The notes below the pieces were generated by a model, which made no database searches, was not told where the DNA came from, and worked only from the letters and a program-made list of their open reading frames with translations. DNA of 64,000 nucleotides from NCBI GenBank assembly GCA_022844165.1, contig JALHMH010000004.1:1-64000 (forward strand), written 5' to 3'. The translations under genes and the position numbers were made by a program. How positions within the stretch are numbered: position 1 is the stretch's first letter; every line of letters begins with the position of its first letter. The DNA is from Lysobacterales bacterium (GTDB lineage: Bacteria > Pseudomonadota > Gammaproteobacteria > Xanthomonadales > SZUA-5). Shown here one piece after another: positions 48,959 to 58,432 of the stretch.

Positions 48959-50341
48959 TCATGCTCGGTTTCGCCGTAGGAAGCTCACCTTCATGGGTGT
49001 TTTGGGTTTGAGTGCCAGGTCAACGAAGGGCTGCGGCAGTTCATCGCCTGATGCCAGATCAAGCTCGAAATGACGCACCAGATGGGCCGCAATCAGCGCG
49101 ATTTCCACGCTGGCGAACTGCTGGCCTAAGCAAAACCGTGGGCCCGCGCCAAAGGGCATGAACGCGCCGCGCGGGATCGGCGGGGCGTCGGGCAGGAAGC
49201 GCCCCGGGTCGAAGGATTCCGGGTTCGCAAAGTAGCGTTCGTTGCGATGCATCTGCCAGATCGGCGCCACCACCAGGGTGCCCTTGCGCACGGCGGTTCC
49301 GGCAATCTCCAGATGGCGCTTGGCAACCCGCGTGAACAGGGCAGTGGAGGGCGGATAGATCCGCATGGCTTCCTTGATCGTCGCGTTCAGCAAAGGCAGG
49401 CGCGCCACGGCCGCGAGGTCCAGATTGTCGGCGAAAGCGGCATCGACTTCGGTGCGCAGCTCAGACATCACCTCCGGGTGGGTCGCCATCAAGCCGATCC
49501 ACCAGGTCAAGGCAGATGCGGACGTATCGAATCCTGCGCCGAACAGCAGCATGCAGTTGTCGAGGACTTCCTGGGTGCTGAGCCGGGCGGTGGCGTCACC
49601 CGCGGCCAGCATCATGTCCAGCACGTCGCCGTCGGCAGGGTCCGCTTCGGTCTGGCCTTCACCCCGACGCTGCAGACGCGCATCCACATGGGCCGCAATC
49701 AAGTCCCGCAGCGTCTTCAAATGTCTCATTTTCTCCGCGCGCCCTGGATACGGGAACCAAGCGGGCGGAACCAGCGCCCAATAGACCTCGCGCATGCTCT
49801 GGCGGGAGAGCGCACGGATCGCCACCGAGGCCTGGCGGGTTTCTTCGCGCGAGCTCGCATGGGAAAACAAGGTCCGCAGGATCACGTCCATGGTGATGCG
49901 CGTGGTGAACGCATCGACATCGATGCTGGTGGATTGCCCTGAATCGGCAGGCAATTCCTGGCCCACGCAGTGGTCGATCGCCGCCTGCATCAGGGCCATA
50001 TAGCCGCACATGCGTTTGGGCGAAAACGCGGGCGTGAGCAGGCGCCGCTGCCGTTCCCAGTCCGCGCCTTCGGTGGTCAGCACGTTCCTTCCTTGGAAGG
50101 ACTCGAAGATGCGCAACAGGCGGGCTTCGCGCTCGAAATCATCGTGATGATCGACAAGGATCTTGCGGACTGCCTCCGGGGCGAAGAAATAAACGATCCG
50201 GCGAAACAGGATGTCGAGTTCAGCCACGTCGCCGCACTGATGCTGCAATCGAGTGGCTGCAGCGAGGGGATCGGCCTGGATTGCCTTGAGCAGCGGCAGG
50301 CCGAGAAAAGGAGCTTTGATCACGTTGGAGTGATGGGACAT
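48959..50341 (-). CDS. cytochrome P450
   Basis: AGFDTS I-helix, EAMR (ExxR), FDPGRF, PFGAGPRFCLG heme motif. Confidence 0.96.
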   Translation of the reverse strand: MSHHSNVIKAPFLGLPLLKAIQADPLAAATRLQHQCGDVAELDILFRRIVYFFAPEAVRKILVDHHDDFEREARLLRIFESFQGRNVLTTEGADWERQRRLLTPAFSPKRMCGYMALMQAAIDHCVGQELPADSGQSTSIDVDAFTTRITMDVILRTLFSHASSREETRQASVAIRALSRQSMREVYWALVPPAWFPYPGRAEKMRHLKTLRDLIAAHVDARLQRRGEGQTEADPADGDVLDMMLAAGDATARLSTQEVLDNCMLLFGAGFDTSASALTWWIGLMATHPEVMSELRTEVDAAFADNLDLAAVARLPLLNATIKEAMRIYPPSTALFTRVAKRHLEIAGTAVRKGTLVVAPIWQMHRNERYFANPESFDPGRFLPDAPPIPRGAFMPFGAGPRFCLGQQFASVEIALIAAHLVRHFELDLASGDELPQPFVDLALKPKTPMKVSFLRRNRA

Positions 50342-50369
50342 GAGGACGGTCCGATGGGAAAAATCTGGG

Positions 50370-51014
50370 TCAGCTCGCCGCCGCGTCACGCGCGCTTGCG
50401 ACCCCGTACATCACGAGATCGAAGGCACTGAGAAAGCGCTGCGCAAGATCCGGCTCCGGTTCGGCCAGCCATGCATGGATCGCAGCGAACAACAGGTATT
50501 CGAAGTTCATCGCCAGTTGTTCTGCGCCTGGATCCGGCTTGACTTCGCCAGATTGCTGTGCGGCCCCAAACATCGCCGCCAGAATCTGGCGACCATCACT
50601 GCTGGCGTCGACCGAAGCCGGGCTTCGTTCGTCAGGCCGCCGCGTCAGGTAGCGAATGTAGTGCGGCAGGTAGGCTCTGCGCTCACTGTGCCAGGCGGCG
50701 GACTCGCGCAGCAGGTAGCGCATTCTCGAATCGAATGTCCGATGCGTTTGCAACGCTTTCGCGCGTTCGGCCATGCCATCGGCAATGTCCAGGCGGAATC
50801 GATGGGCGATCAGCGCTTCTTTGACCGGGAAGTACTTGTAAAGCGTGGCCTTGGCGACATCGGCCACCTCGGCGACCTGCTCCATGGAGACCGCGTCGTA
50901 GCCGTGGGCCTCGAACAGACGGTAGGCGGTGGCCGACAGGTGATCGGCGGTCTGATCCTGCTTGCGCTGGCGGCGCGACATTTGAGGCTGGGCAGGGGTC
51001 ACTGTAGTAGTCAT
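50370..51014 (-). CDS. TetR/AcrR family regulator
   Basis: LFEAHGYDAVSMEQVAEVADVAKATLYKYFPVKEAL HTH; start uncertain. Confidence 0.93.
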   Translation of the reverse strand: MTTTVTPAQPQMSRRQRKQDQTADHLSATAYRLFEAHGYDAVSMEQVAEVADVAKATLYKYFPVKEALIAHRFRLDIADGMAERAKALQTHRTFDSRMRYLLRESAAWHSERRAYLPHYIRYLTRRPDERSPASVDASSDGRQILAAMFGAAQQSGEVKPDPGAEQLAMNFEYLLFAAIHAWLAEPEPDLAQRFLSAFDLVMYGVASARDAAAS

Positions 51015-51017
51015 TTG

Positions 51018-51047
51018 CATACGACGTTCAAAACTATACGTCGTATG
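51018..51047. promoter_or_regulatory. putative TetR operator
   Basis: perfect inverted repeat CATACGACGT-N10-ACGTCGTATG directly upstream of the TetR gene. Confidence 0.65.
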
Positions 51048-51416
51048 GAAATGGAGATCAATCGAGAGGTTGGGGCTTTGTGGACCAATGTTCCAACGTT
51101 CCTGACCGAGTTCGGCATCATTCAAAAGCGCTTCGAAAACGGCTGGTTTCGGGTTGGGTTCCACGATCCGGATGCGACGTCGATCAACGGCTTCCCCACG
51201 CCCGTGAACCGGCCGCCGCTGGTGGAAACCGGCGTCGTTGCGCCACTCGTGCCGGACCGCTACTTCGGACTGCCAGCAACAGGCTTCTGGGCTCTGCGCG
51301 TCGAGAACCAGAATGCCCGGCCGGGTGTGATCGGGTTCTACAGCGGCGCTTACTCGCATCGCGCCACGCGCGCTTGCTACAAGGGTCAGTTCGGCGCTTC
51401 TCAGCTGTGCGACTGA
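51045..51416 (+). pseudogene. probable C-terminal fragment of a surface-protein-like gene
   Basis: FENGWFRVGF...YFGLPATGFWALRVEN...YSGAYSHR; coding-like codon use, no signal peptide; abuts the TetR operator. Confidence 0.4.
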
Positions 51417-51498
51417 CGCCGGAACAGGTTCTTGGTATGGATTGTGGCGCCTCGCGCGGCGGGAGCTAAAGCCGCGTTGGGCGACAGAGGAGGTGAGC

Positions 51499-51930
51499 GT
51501 GAATAACCTTTCCAATGTCTTCATATTCAAGATCGCCGCGACCGTGATCTTCTGGTGTATTCCGCTGATCATGCTTCCGGCCGAACTGCTCGCTGCCCTG
51601 GGTCTCCCTGACCAGCCGAGCTATCTGTTCGTCCGTCTGCTGGGCTGGGCGTATCTGGCGCTTTGTGTCGGCTACGCATTTGGTTTGTCCATGTCTCTAC
51701 AAGGGCAAAGAGCTCTCGGCCCCATCTGGGTTGGAATGGTGAGCAATGGGGGCGCTTGCGCTTATCTGATGTAGTACGGCCTTTCAGGGGAGTGGGCCCG
51801 ATGGGGCGGCTTCGTACAGTTCGTGCTTTGGTCGTCTATCGTCGCTACGGCTGCGATTACAACCGGGCTCTACGTCTTCGGCGTCAAAGGTGGTCTGCCG
51901 CCCACCAATTCGCTGCAGGCTGCGGCCTGA
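51499..51930 (+). pseudogene. 4TM membrane protein interrupted by an in-frame TAG (51772-51774)
   Basis: SD GAGGAGG; hydrophobic reading continues in frame after the stop (YGLSGEWARWGGFVQFVLW...). Confidence 0.72.
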
Positions 51931-52094
51931 GCTGCATCGGAATGAATGTCCTCGCCTTTGTGTTTGCGTCCTTGGGATGTGCAACGAGTAGTGGATGAAC
52001 CGAATTAGCGTGCTCAAAAATTAGGTCCTTAGTTGCTTTTTGGTTTATGAAGCGAAGGTCCAAAAATGTTCGAGCCGACCGCCGTCCCTTAGCT

Positions 52095-52273
52095 TGCATT
52101 TACCAACGCTGTCGCAGGGAACCGCACGTTATCTGGAGATTAAGGGCGCCGACCATGATCTCGTCTTGCACCGCACAGCTGAAGAGGCGTGCGCGGATGC
52201 GGAGAGCACGCAGCGGCGAGACAAAGAGTTTTTCGACGCGCTCGCCCAGATGATGCGACAGGCGATGCGTTAG
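52095..52273 (+). pseudogene. possible alpha/beta hydrolase C-terminal fragment
   Basis: YLEIKGADHDL catalytic-His-like motif followed by a terminal helix. Confidence 0.35.
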
Positions 52274-52371
52274 GACGCCTTCATTACAACGGGGCAGCCC
52301 GACACAGGAGTAGCATCCTGCAATCGTTCTCGATCACGAGACCCTGGGGCGCATTACCGATCGCTGAGCCA

Positions 52372-52581
52372 ATGACCAAAGAACTCAACACCTTTGTTGC
52401 CGCCTGGCGCGAGGCCTCGCCGATCCTGGAAGCGATGCGCGATGAGGAACTGCGCTCTACGCCGCTGCCGGTGGCGATGGCGCAGCTGTCCAGCATGATC
52501 GACTCTGCCGTGTTCTTAAAGCCGCTATCGGACAGCTCGGGCCTGGTTGAAATGCAGCGCATTTTCGCCAAGCTGCGATGA
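52372..52581 (+). CDS. small helical protein, putative antitoxin-like (copy 2)
   Basis: near-identical to 38672-38881; ATGA overlap with the next gene. Confidence 0.65.
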   Translation: MTKELNTFVAAWREASPILEAMRDEELRSTPLPVAMAQLSSMIDSAVFLKPLSDSSGLVEMQRIFAKLR

Positions 52582-52988
52582 ACGTCCTGATCGATGCGGC
52601 GATAGCGGTGCAACGAGTGTTGGAAGAAGCCGGCATCGGTTTTTGCTTCATCGGTGGCTTTGCTGCACAACGCCACGCCGAACCTCGCGTCACGCGCGAT
52701 GTCGATGTCGCCGTGCTCACCGGCTTGGGCAACGAAGCGCATGTCATCGACGTCTTGCTCGCCGCGTTCCCGGCGCGGCGCAGCGACGCGCGAGCATTCG
52801 CCGAGCGCTATCGCGTTCTGCTGCTCAGCACGGCAGCCGGCGTCGGCATCGACGCCACGCTCACCGCGTTGCCATTCGAATCCGACATGATCGCCCGCTC
52901 CTCAAAGTTCGAATTCGCGCCAGGCGTTTTGTTGCAGATTTTCGACTTCTTCACGGCGCATCATCGCCACAGGCGGACTGTCCAGTAG
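52578..52988 (+). pseudogene. nucleotidyltransferase-fold protein (AbiEii/DUF6036-like), probably 3'-truncated
   Basis: FIGGFAAQRHAEPRVTRDVD motif; family-like character appears to end after FEFAPGVLLQ. Confidence 0.65.
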
Positions 52989-52997
52989 CACCGACAT

Positions 52998-53582
52998 ATG
53001 GGCGAATTCGAGAAGCTGTTGACAGAAGTACGGGCATGCATGTTGTGCAGCTGCCATTTGCCATTGGGCCCACGACCGGTGCTGCAGGCGCTGCCGAGCG
53101 CTCGCTTGTTGATCGTCGGCCAGGCGCCCGGACGGAAGGTCCACGAAACCGGCATTCCGTTTCGCGATGCCAGCGGCGATCGGCTACGCGACTGGACAGG
53201 GCTATCCGACGAAGCGTTCTACGACGCGCGGCGCGTTGCGATACTGCCGATGGGCTTCTGCTATCCAGGAACGGGTAAATCGGGCGATCTGCCGCCGCGT
53301 CCAGAATGCGCGGCTGCATGGCGCGAGCGCTTACTCGCGGGTCTGAAGAAGATCAAACTCACGCTGGTCATCGGCGCCTATGCACAGGCCTACCATTTGC
53401 CGGGCGCGAAGGGCACGCTCACCGAAATCGTGAGCGCCTGGCGCGATCATCTGCCCGCGCTCCTGCCGCTGCCGCATCCGAGTCCGAGGAACCAGCTGTG
53501 GCTCAGGCGCAATCCGTGGTTCGAGGAAGAGCTGCTGCCGGTGCTAAAGGATCGGGTTCGGGCGGCTTTGAGCGACTCCTAA
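52998..53582 (+). CDS. uracil-DNA glycosylase family protein
   Basis: IVGQAPG, DASGDRLRDW, MGFCYPG..GDLPPRPECA, LPHPSPRN. Confidence 0.92.
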   Translation: MGEFEKLLTEVRACMLCSCHLPLGPRPVLQALPSARLLIVGQAPGRKVHETGIPFRDASGDRLRDWTGLSDEAFYDARRVAILPMGFCYPGTGKSGDLPPRPECAAAWRERLLAGLKKIKLTLVIGAYAQAYHLPGAKGTLTEIVSAWRDHLPALLPLPHPSPRNQLWLRRNPWFEEELLPVLKDRVRAALSDS

Positions 53583-53726
53583 AAAGCCATCCTTGGCATA
53601 TCAGTCCAAGCCAGAACCGGCGCAGGTCCGGACCTGGCTTGGACACGGGTCAGCGCGATCGATTTGCGGTCAGACCATCGATCCGGCACCAGCAACAAAA
53701 CAATTACAGCATCGCCGAGGTCGACC

Positions 53727-54290
53727 TCAAAATCCGAGTTGCGTCATGCAGGAACCGGCCACCTGCTGCAGCAGCGCTGTAAACTGGCCTTTAGTGGCAT
53801 CAAGCTGGGCCGGCGTTAGCAAGATCGAGTCGTCGAAGATGGGTGCGATCGGGTCGTAAGCAGCGCCGCCAACCGATTTGCGGGAAACGAGATCGGTCAG
53901 TTGGATTGCCAGTACCGCATGCAGCCCGGAAAACGGATCCAATCCAAAAACACTGCGCTGAAAAAGCCCAATCCCACGTTGGAGCTGATTGGTGCCGCCG
54001 ATTTGGTCCGGGAATACGCCGGGCTCGATGTGCAAAAGCACATCGACAGCCAAGGTCTGTGTTGATGCGCGTTTGGCGTCGGTGCAGCGCGGCAAGACCT
54101 TAACGTCGCTGAAAAGCGCGCTGCTCTGCAACGCAGCCAACACCGCCTGTTCGGTCGTGGCGGCAAATCGCCAGTCCGGGACCGGCTGCTCGGCAGAGTC
54201 GTTGTTGAACACCGTGGTGCCTATCCAGACGTTTTGCAGTTCGTCCCTCAAGCAGACGCTGACCCCAACGCTTCGGCCAGTCACGGCGGT
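53727..54290 (-). pseudogene. hypothetical protein lacking its 5' end
   Basis: about 185-aa open frame that begins at the edge of the duplicated segment 54294-54677. Confidence 0.4.
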
Positions 54291-54342
54291 ACGCATCGGG
54301 CCGGAGGCTCTCGGACTCGACCGTGCTACGGACGTAGCATGG

Positions 54343-54834
54343 CTACTTCTCGTGGATCGGATGGATGTCGGCTGGCGAGTCCGTCAGGGGTGCCGCAACT
54401 GGCTTCAGGAACAAAGACTGGGTGGCGTAGTCGATCACGGCGGCATGGGCGTCAAATACGTCCGCCCCGAGAACCACCTCGACATCGGCCGACCCATTTG
54501 CTCGGAGCGGTGCATTCACGTGCTCGAAATCTAACCCGGCCGGGCCCGCCAGCCGCGGGATAAACGATCCAAGCTGCAAGACCGCGCCCTCGACCCAGTA
54601 CTGATCGAGCGCGCCGCCGGCACCGGCTGCCTCTCGGTTCAACCACGTTGTGCGAAGACCGATGTCCCGAACCACCGACATGGCGACCACGGTGATAGCA
54701 GCCCCGGTATCCACCAATACCTCTACCGGCCTGCCGTTGAGAATGCCGTCTGTGTGGAAATGACCCACGACGCTGCGCCTGAGCGGCAAGCGAACGTATC
54801 CATCGGCGGCCAGGAAGTCGGTCAACTCGCTCAT
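54343..54834 (-). CDS. retropepsin-like aspartyl protease
   Basis: GHF..G.LNG..VLVDTGA and VLGADVF..AVIDY motifs. Confidence 0.88.
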   Translation of the reverse strand: MSELTDFLAADGYVRLPLRRSVVGHFHTDGILNGRPVEVLVDTGAAITVVAMSVVRDIGLRTTWLNREAAGAGGALDQYWVEGAVLQLGSFIPRLAGPAGLDFEHVNAPLRANGSADVEVVLGADVFDAHAAVIDYATQSLFLKPVAAPLTDSPADIHPIHEK

Positions 54835-54938
54835 AACATCAGGCTCCAAAGCCGATCGATTGTCAGCAACGACCGCCAAACGGCACGTTATTGGCCGCAG
54901 CGGACCGGTTCGGTGGTCGCGGTCTCCGGGCGCAAAGC

Positions 54939-55331
54939 TTAAAGCAAGGAATAGAACTGCAGACTATTCTGGCCGGGATCGCGAACGTGGAACTCTCGGG
55001 TACCCCAGGGCGTATTCGCGGGCGCGGCCCATGGGCTGCCTTGGGACGTGCCTGCGTTGATCCTCCCGGTCTCGAGAAACTCTCCATAAAGCGCATCCAC
55101 ATCGCTGACAAGGAAACGGTAAGTCGGGCGATCTGTTGGGTAGACCCATTGCTGCGGATCAGCCCATTGAATGTGCAGTTCGACGCCATCGCGCGCAACG
55201 CCTGCGTACTTGGGGTCCGTGGGGTTGTCCTGGAACAAAATCCTGAACCCAAGATCGCGGTAGAACTGCACTGCCGCCGCCACGTCATTGGCTGCAAGTA
55301 CTGGGTGGACACGTTGAAGTTGGGCTTTCAT
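54939..55331 (-). CDS. VOC/glyoxalase-bleomycin resistance family protein
   Basis: PVL..DV..AVQFYRDLGF, DVDALY, TPWGTREFHVRDP. Confidence 0.9.
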   Translation of the reverse strand: MKAQLQRVHPVLAANDVAAAVQFYRDLGFRILFQDNPTDPKYAGVARDGVELHIQWADPQQWVYPTDRPTYRFLVSDVDALYGEFLETGRINAGTSQGSPWAAPANTPWGTREFHVRDPGQNSLQFYSLL

Positions 55332-55895
55332 CGGCGCCTCGGGCTTGGCGGTGAGAGAACAGCGATTGGCAGTTGCGAGATTCTGGCACGCGCCGGCAAC
55401 GCCCGAACGGTTGGCCGCCGCCACCGAGTCCGACGAAACAGCCGACCAGCGCGCTCAATCCCTTCCCGATGCAGGCAACGTGCACGGCTTTCTGACCATC
55501 CTGGCAAAGACCGAATTCGAACTCGGCGACGGCTCAGATGCCTCCCGCGCCGCCATCACCGCCAAGGTCTCCAGTATCCGCACCGTGGGCGAGGCCGAAG
55601 ACTACGCCGAACACGTAGCCCAACTCGTGCGCGCGGTTCGGGAGCGCGGGAGTTAGGAGGGCGGAGTACAGGGGCCATATCGAACTCGGCGCTTTGGCCG
55701 GCATGGAGCGGCCTGTTTGCCGAGCGGTTAACGGAACTATCCGCGGAAGGTGCCGCCTTCCGTGCATTCGAAGTACAAGCGCACGGTTTGGCCCTTGTAC
55801 GGAAGCTGGCGGAAGCTGCGTTGCACGTCGCTCGACGTTTTGGTCAAGTTCGAGTGGCTGGCCAGGGTTGTGAGAGCACAATCCCGCATTACCGT

Positions 55896-56342
55896 TCAGC
55901 GCATGTCGGCGCCCACGATGTCCACCACCAGCGCGCGCGCGGTCTGGTCCGTTTCGTTCCTCCACCAATGCACCACTCCCGTGGCCTCGAACGAGACCGC
56001 GCCCACGCCGCGTTTGATCGGCCCGCTGGCATCATTGCGGTATTCGGTCAACTCACCCTGCAGCACGTAGGCCATACCCGGGCGTTGCCGGTGCTCGTGC
56101 ACCGCGATCTGCGCCCGAGGCGCGAGCACAAATTCGCGCGCGCGAAGCACCTTGCCGTCTGCGCCCGGGATCTCATTGTCCAGCGGCAGCCGGCCCAGTT
56201 CCGCTGCCGATTCCACGCCACGGGTTTCCTTCGGTCCATCGGCCATCAGCCGCTGCGCGGCTTCCTTCTCGTGTTCCGGGATCACGTCGTGGGCTAGAGC
56301 AGGCAGAGCGATGAGGGCAAGCAGCAAACACGAAAAGCGCAT
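55896..56342 (-). CDS. secreted cupin domain protein
   Basis: signal peptide; HEH..RPG..YVLQGELTE and E..GVVHWWRN cupin motifs. Confidence 0.87.
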   Translation of the reverse strand: MRFSCLLLALIALPALAHDVIPEHEKEAAQRLMADGPKETRGVESAAELGRLPLDNEIPGADGKVLRAREFVLAPRAQIAVHEHRQRPGMAYVLQGELTEYRNDASGPIKRGVGAVSFEATGVVHWWRNETDQTARALVVDIVGADMR

Positions 56343-56438
56343 GGCAGTGTCGACTCCGTGGCATGTTGAGGGCCACGATGTTGCCGTGCGCTGGAAGCGC
56401 TGTCCATGCCCGCCAAATTTCGCGGCGGACATCCCAGC

Positions 56439-56569
56439 GCCTGCTGCGTGCCCGGAAGGCGCCGCCACCCTGGTCGGCACGCACCTCGCCCGCAGCAAGG
56501 CCTGATCGCCCCCGGCAAGCACATCGTGCTGGTCAATTGCGCCAGCGGCTGCAGCATCCGTTGCCGGTG
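56439..56569 (+). pseudogene. decayed duplicate of the threonine-synthase-like 3' end (57969-58102)
   Basis: CPEGAATL...GLIAPG.H.VL.NCASG with several indels. Confidence 0.85.
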
Positions 56570-56688
56570 CAGGCTTGAGGTGCAGCGCTTGCGCGAAAAC
56601 GACGATTCCGTCGCGTTTCAGTCCGAGCACGTGATCCGGCAGTCAGTTGGTCATCCACCGAGACGAGAAAACGGCTCTCGCGCTGCGC

Positions 56689-57215
56689 TTATTCGAATCC
56701 ATCGCGAAAGAGCTCCGATCGTCGTTCTTGTGCGCCTTGGTCCTGTGGGCCGAGCAGGTTGACAAAAGGTAGATCCACCGATCGCGTGCGCTGATTGAGG
56801 TCGAGTGGACGGGTGCTTGTTGGACAAGCATCCGTCGCGTTGCCTGTAGCGTTTGGCAAAAAGTCCGCATCCAAGCCCGTATTGCCGGCGACTCGGCCAA
56901 TGCTGCCGCCACCGATGCTGGTGTTCTCGTTGACCATCGGCAAGCAGGTGCCCGGGAGTGCGCTGATCGCTCCCGATCCGCCGGCGTTCACGGGCACGCT
57001 ATGGAAGATGATGCTGTGACCCAAGTTGACTCGAGATGGGTGACTTCCGGTCCGAGCGAAAGCACTGCCAGTGATCGAATTCGCAGCCAGCGTCGACGAA
57101 GTGATCAACACATCGGGGACCGTATTTGGCAATTCGAGCGTGACTAAGCGCGCACCTTGGTTGCCGGTGATCAAAGAGTTTCTGATCTCCAGGGTGCCAG
57201 TATTGCCAGAAGCAT
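56689..57215 (-). pseudogene. C-terminal fragment of a secreted beta-helix protein ending ELFRDGFE
   Basis: IRNSLITGN, STLAAN, D.GA.E tail (choice-of-anchor-Q-like); 5' part replaced by antisense threonine-synthase-like sequence. Confidence 0.7.
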
Positions 57216-58108
57216 CCCTCGATGTGCGCATCGAGGTCAAGGACGAGGGCCGTCTGCCCACGGGCTCATTCAAAGCGCGCGGCCTGGTGATGGCGGTGAA
57301 CATGGCCAAGGCGCTCGGCATCACGCGCATGGCAATTCCCACCAACGGCAACGCCGGTGCGGCGCTCGCCGCCTACGGCGTGCGTGCCGGTATCGAGGTA
57401 CATTGCTTCTGTCCGGCCGACACCTCCGAAGCCAATCTGCGCGAAATCGTGCTGCAGGGCGCACAGCTGACGCGCGTGGACGGCATGATCGATGACTGCG
57501 GAAAACTGGTCGCCGCCGGCGAACGCGAGGGCCGCTGGTTCTCGATCGCAACATTGCGCGAGCCGTATCGCATCGAGGGCAAGAAGACCATGGGCCTTGA
57601 ACTCGCAGAGCAACTCGGTTGGACCGTACCGGATGCGATCTTCTATCCCACCGGCGGTGGCACCGGCTTGATCGGCATGTGGAAAGCCTTCGACGAGCTG
57701 CAAGCCCTCGGTTGGATCGGCGCCAGGCGGCCGCGCATGTTCGCCGTGCAGGCCACCGGTTGTGCGCCCATCGTGCGCGCTTTCGAACGCGGCGAGGAGT
57801 TTGCCGAACGCTGGGCGAACGCGGCCACGCAGGCGCATGGCATCCGCGTGCCCGCAGCCCTCGGCGATTTTCTGATCCTGCGCGCGGTGCGCGCCTCCGG
57901 CGGCGCGGCGATCGCTGTCGACGAAGACGCCATCGCCAGCGCCTGGCGCGATGCAGGCCAACATGACGGCCTGCTGCTCTGCCCCGAAGGCGCCGCCACC
58001 CTCGCCGGCGCACGCCTCGCCCGCCAGCAAGGCTTGATCGCCCCCGGCGAGCACGTGGTGCTGTTCAACTGCGCCAGCGGCTACAAGTATCCGTTGCCGG
58101 TGTGGTGA
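57216..58108 (+). pseudogene. threonine synthase-like PLP enzyme missing its N-terminus
   Basis: KDEGRLPTGSFKARG, PTNGNAG, EPYRIEGKKT, YPTGGGTG, CPEGAA; upstream frame is the antisense of another gene fragment. Confidence 0.8.
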
Positions 58109-58432
58109 TGCTGGGGCGGGCGAGGGTAGCGCGGAGCCCAATCGGTCGATCGTTTGTCGCCGTTCGGTTCGCTGTGCTTATTGTCGAGCACGTGGGACCC
58201 GATTGCGGAGCGTGCAAGTATTGCTATCCGATCCGCCGAGAATTGACATGTTGATCGGCTGTGGTTCCCGCAAATGGTCAGCAGGAGGTCTCTGATGAGC
58301 GCTCTGTGCGCCTGGTGCTGACAGCTGTGAAGGGCTAAACCCAGGGTGCGCTTTCTGCGTCTTCAGCGAGCGCGACATGAGCGGCGGGGAATCCTGGCGC
58401 TGAGGCCAGGGCGATTCCTCTGGGCCGAGCAG

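Noticed and set aside
51772-51774. Programmed amber read-through (pyrrolysine or recoding)
   Set aside because: TAG is a normal stop in core genes here and no pyl genes are visible; a nonsense mutation in a decaying region is simpler.
53604-53644. 11-bp inverted repeat GTCCAAGCCAG/CTGGCTTGGAC
   Set aside because: Single hairpin between convergent genes with no U-tract and no second copy; too weak to call.
55400-55656. Possible C-terminal gene fragment (…AEDYAEHVAQLVRAVRERGS)
   Set aside because: No credible start and no recognisable family; counted only as part of the mosaic.
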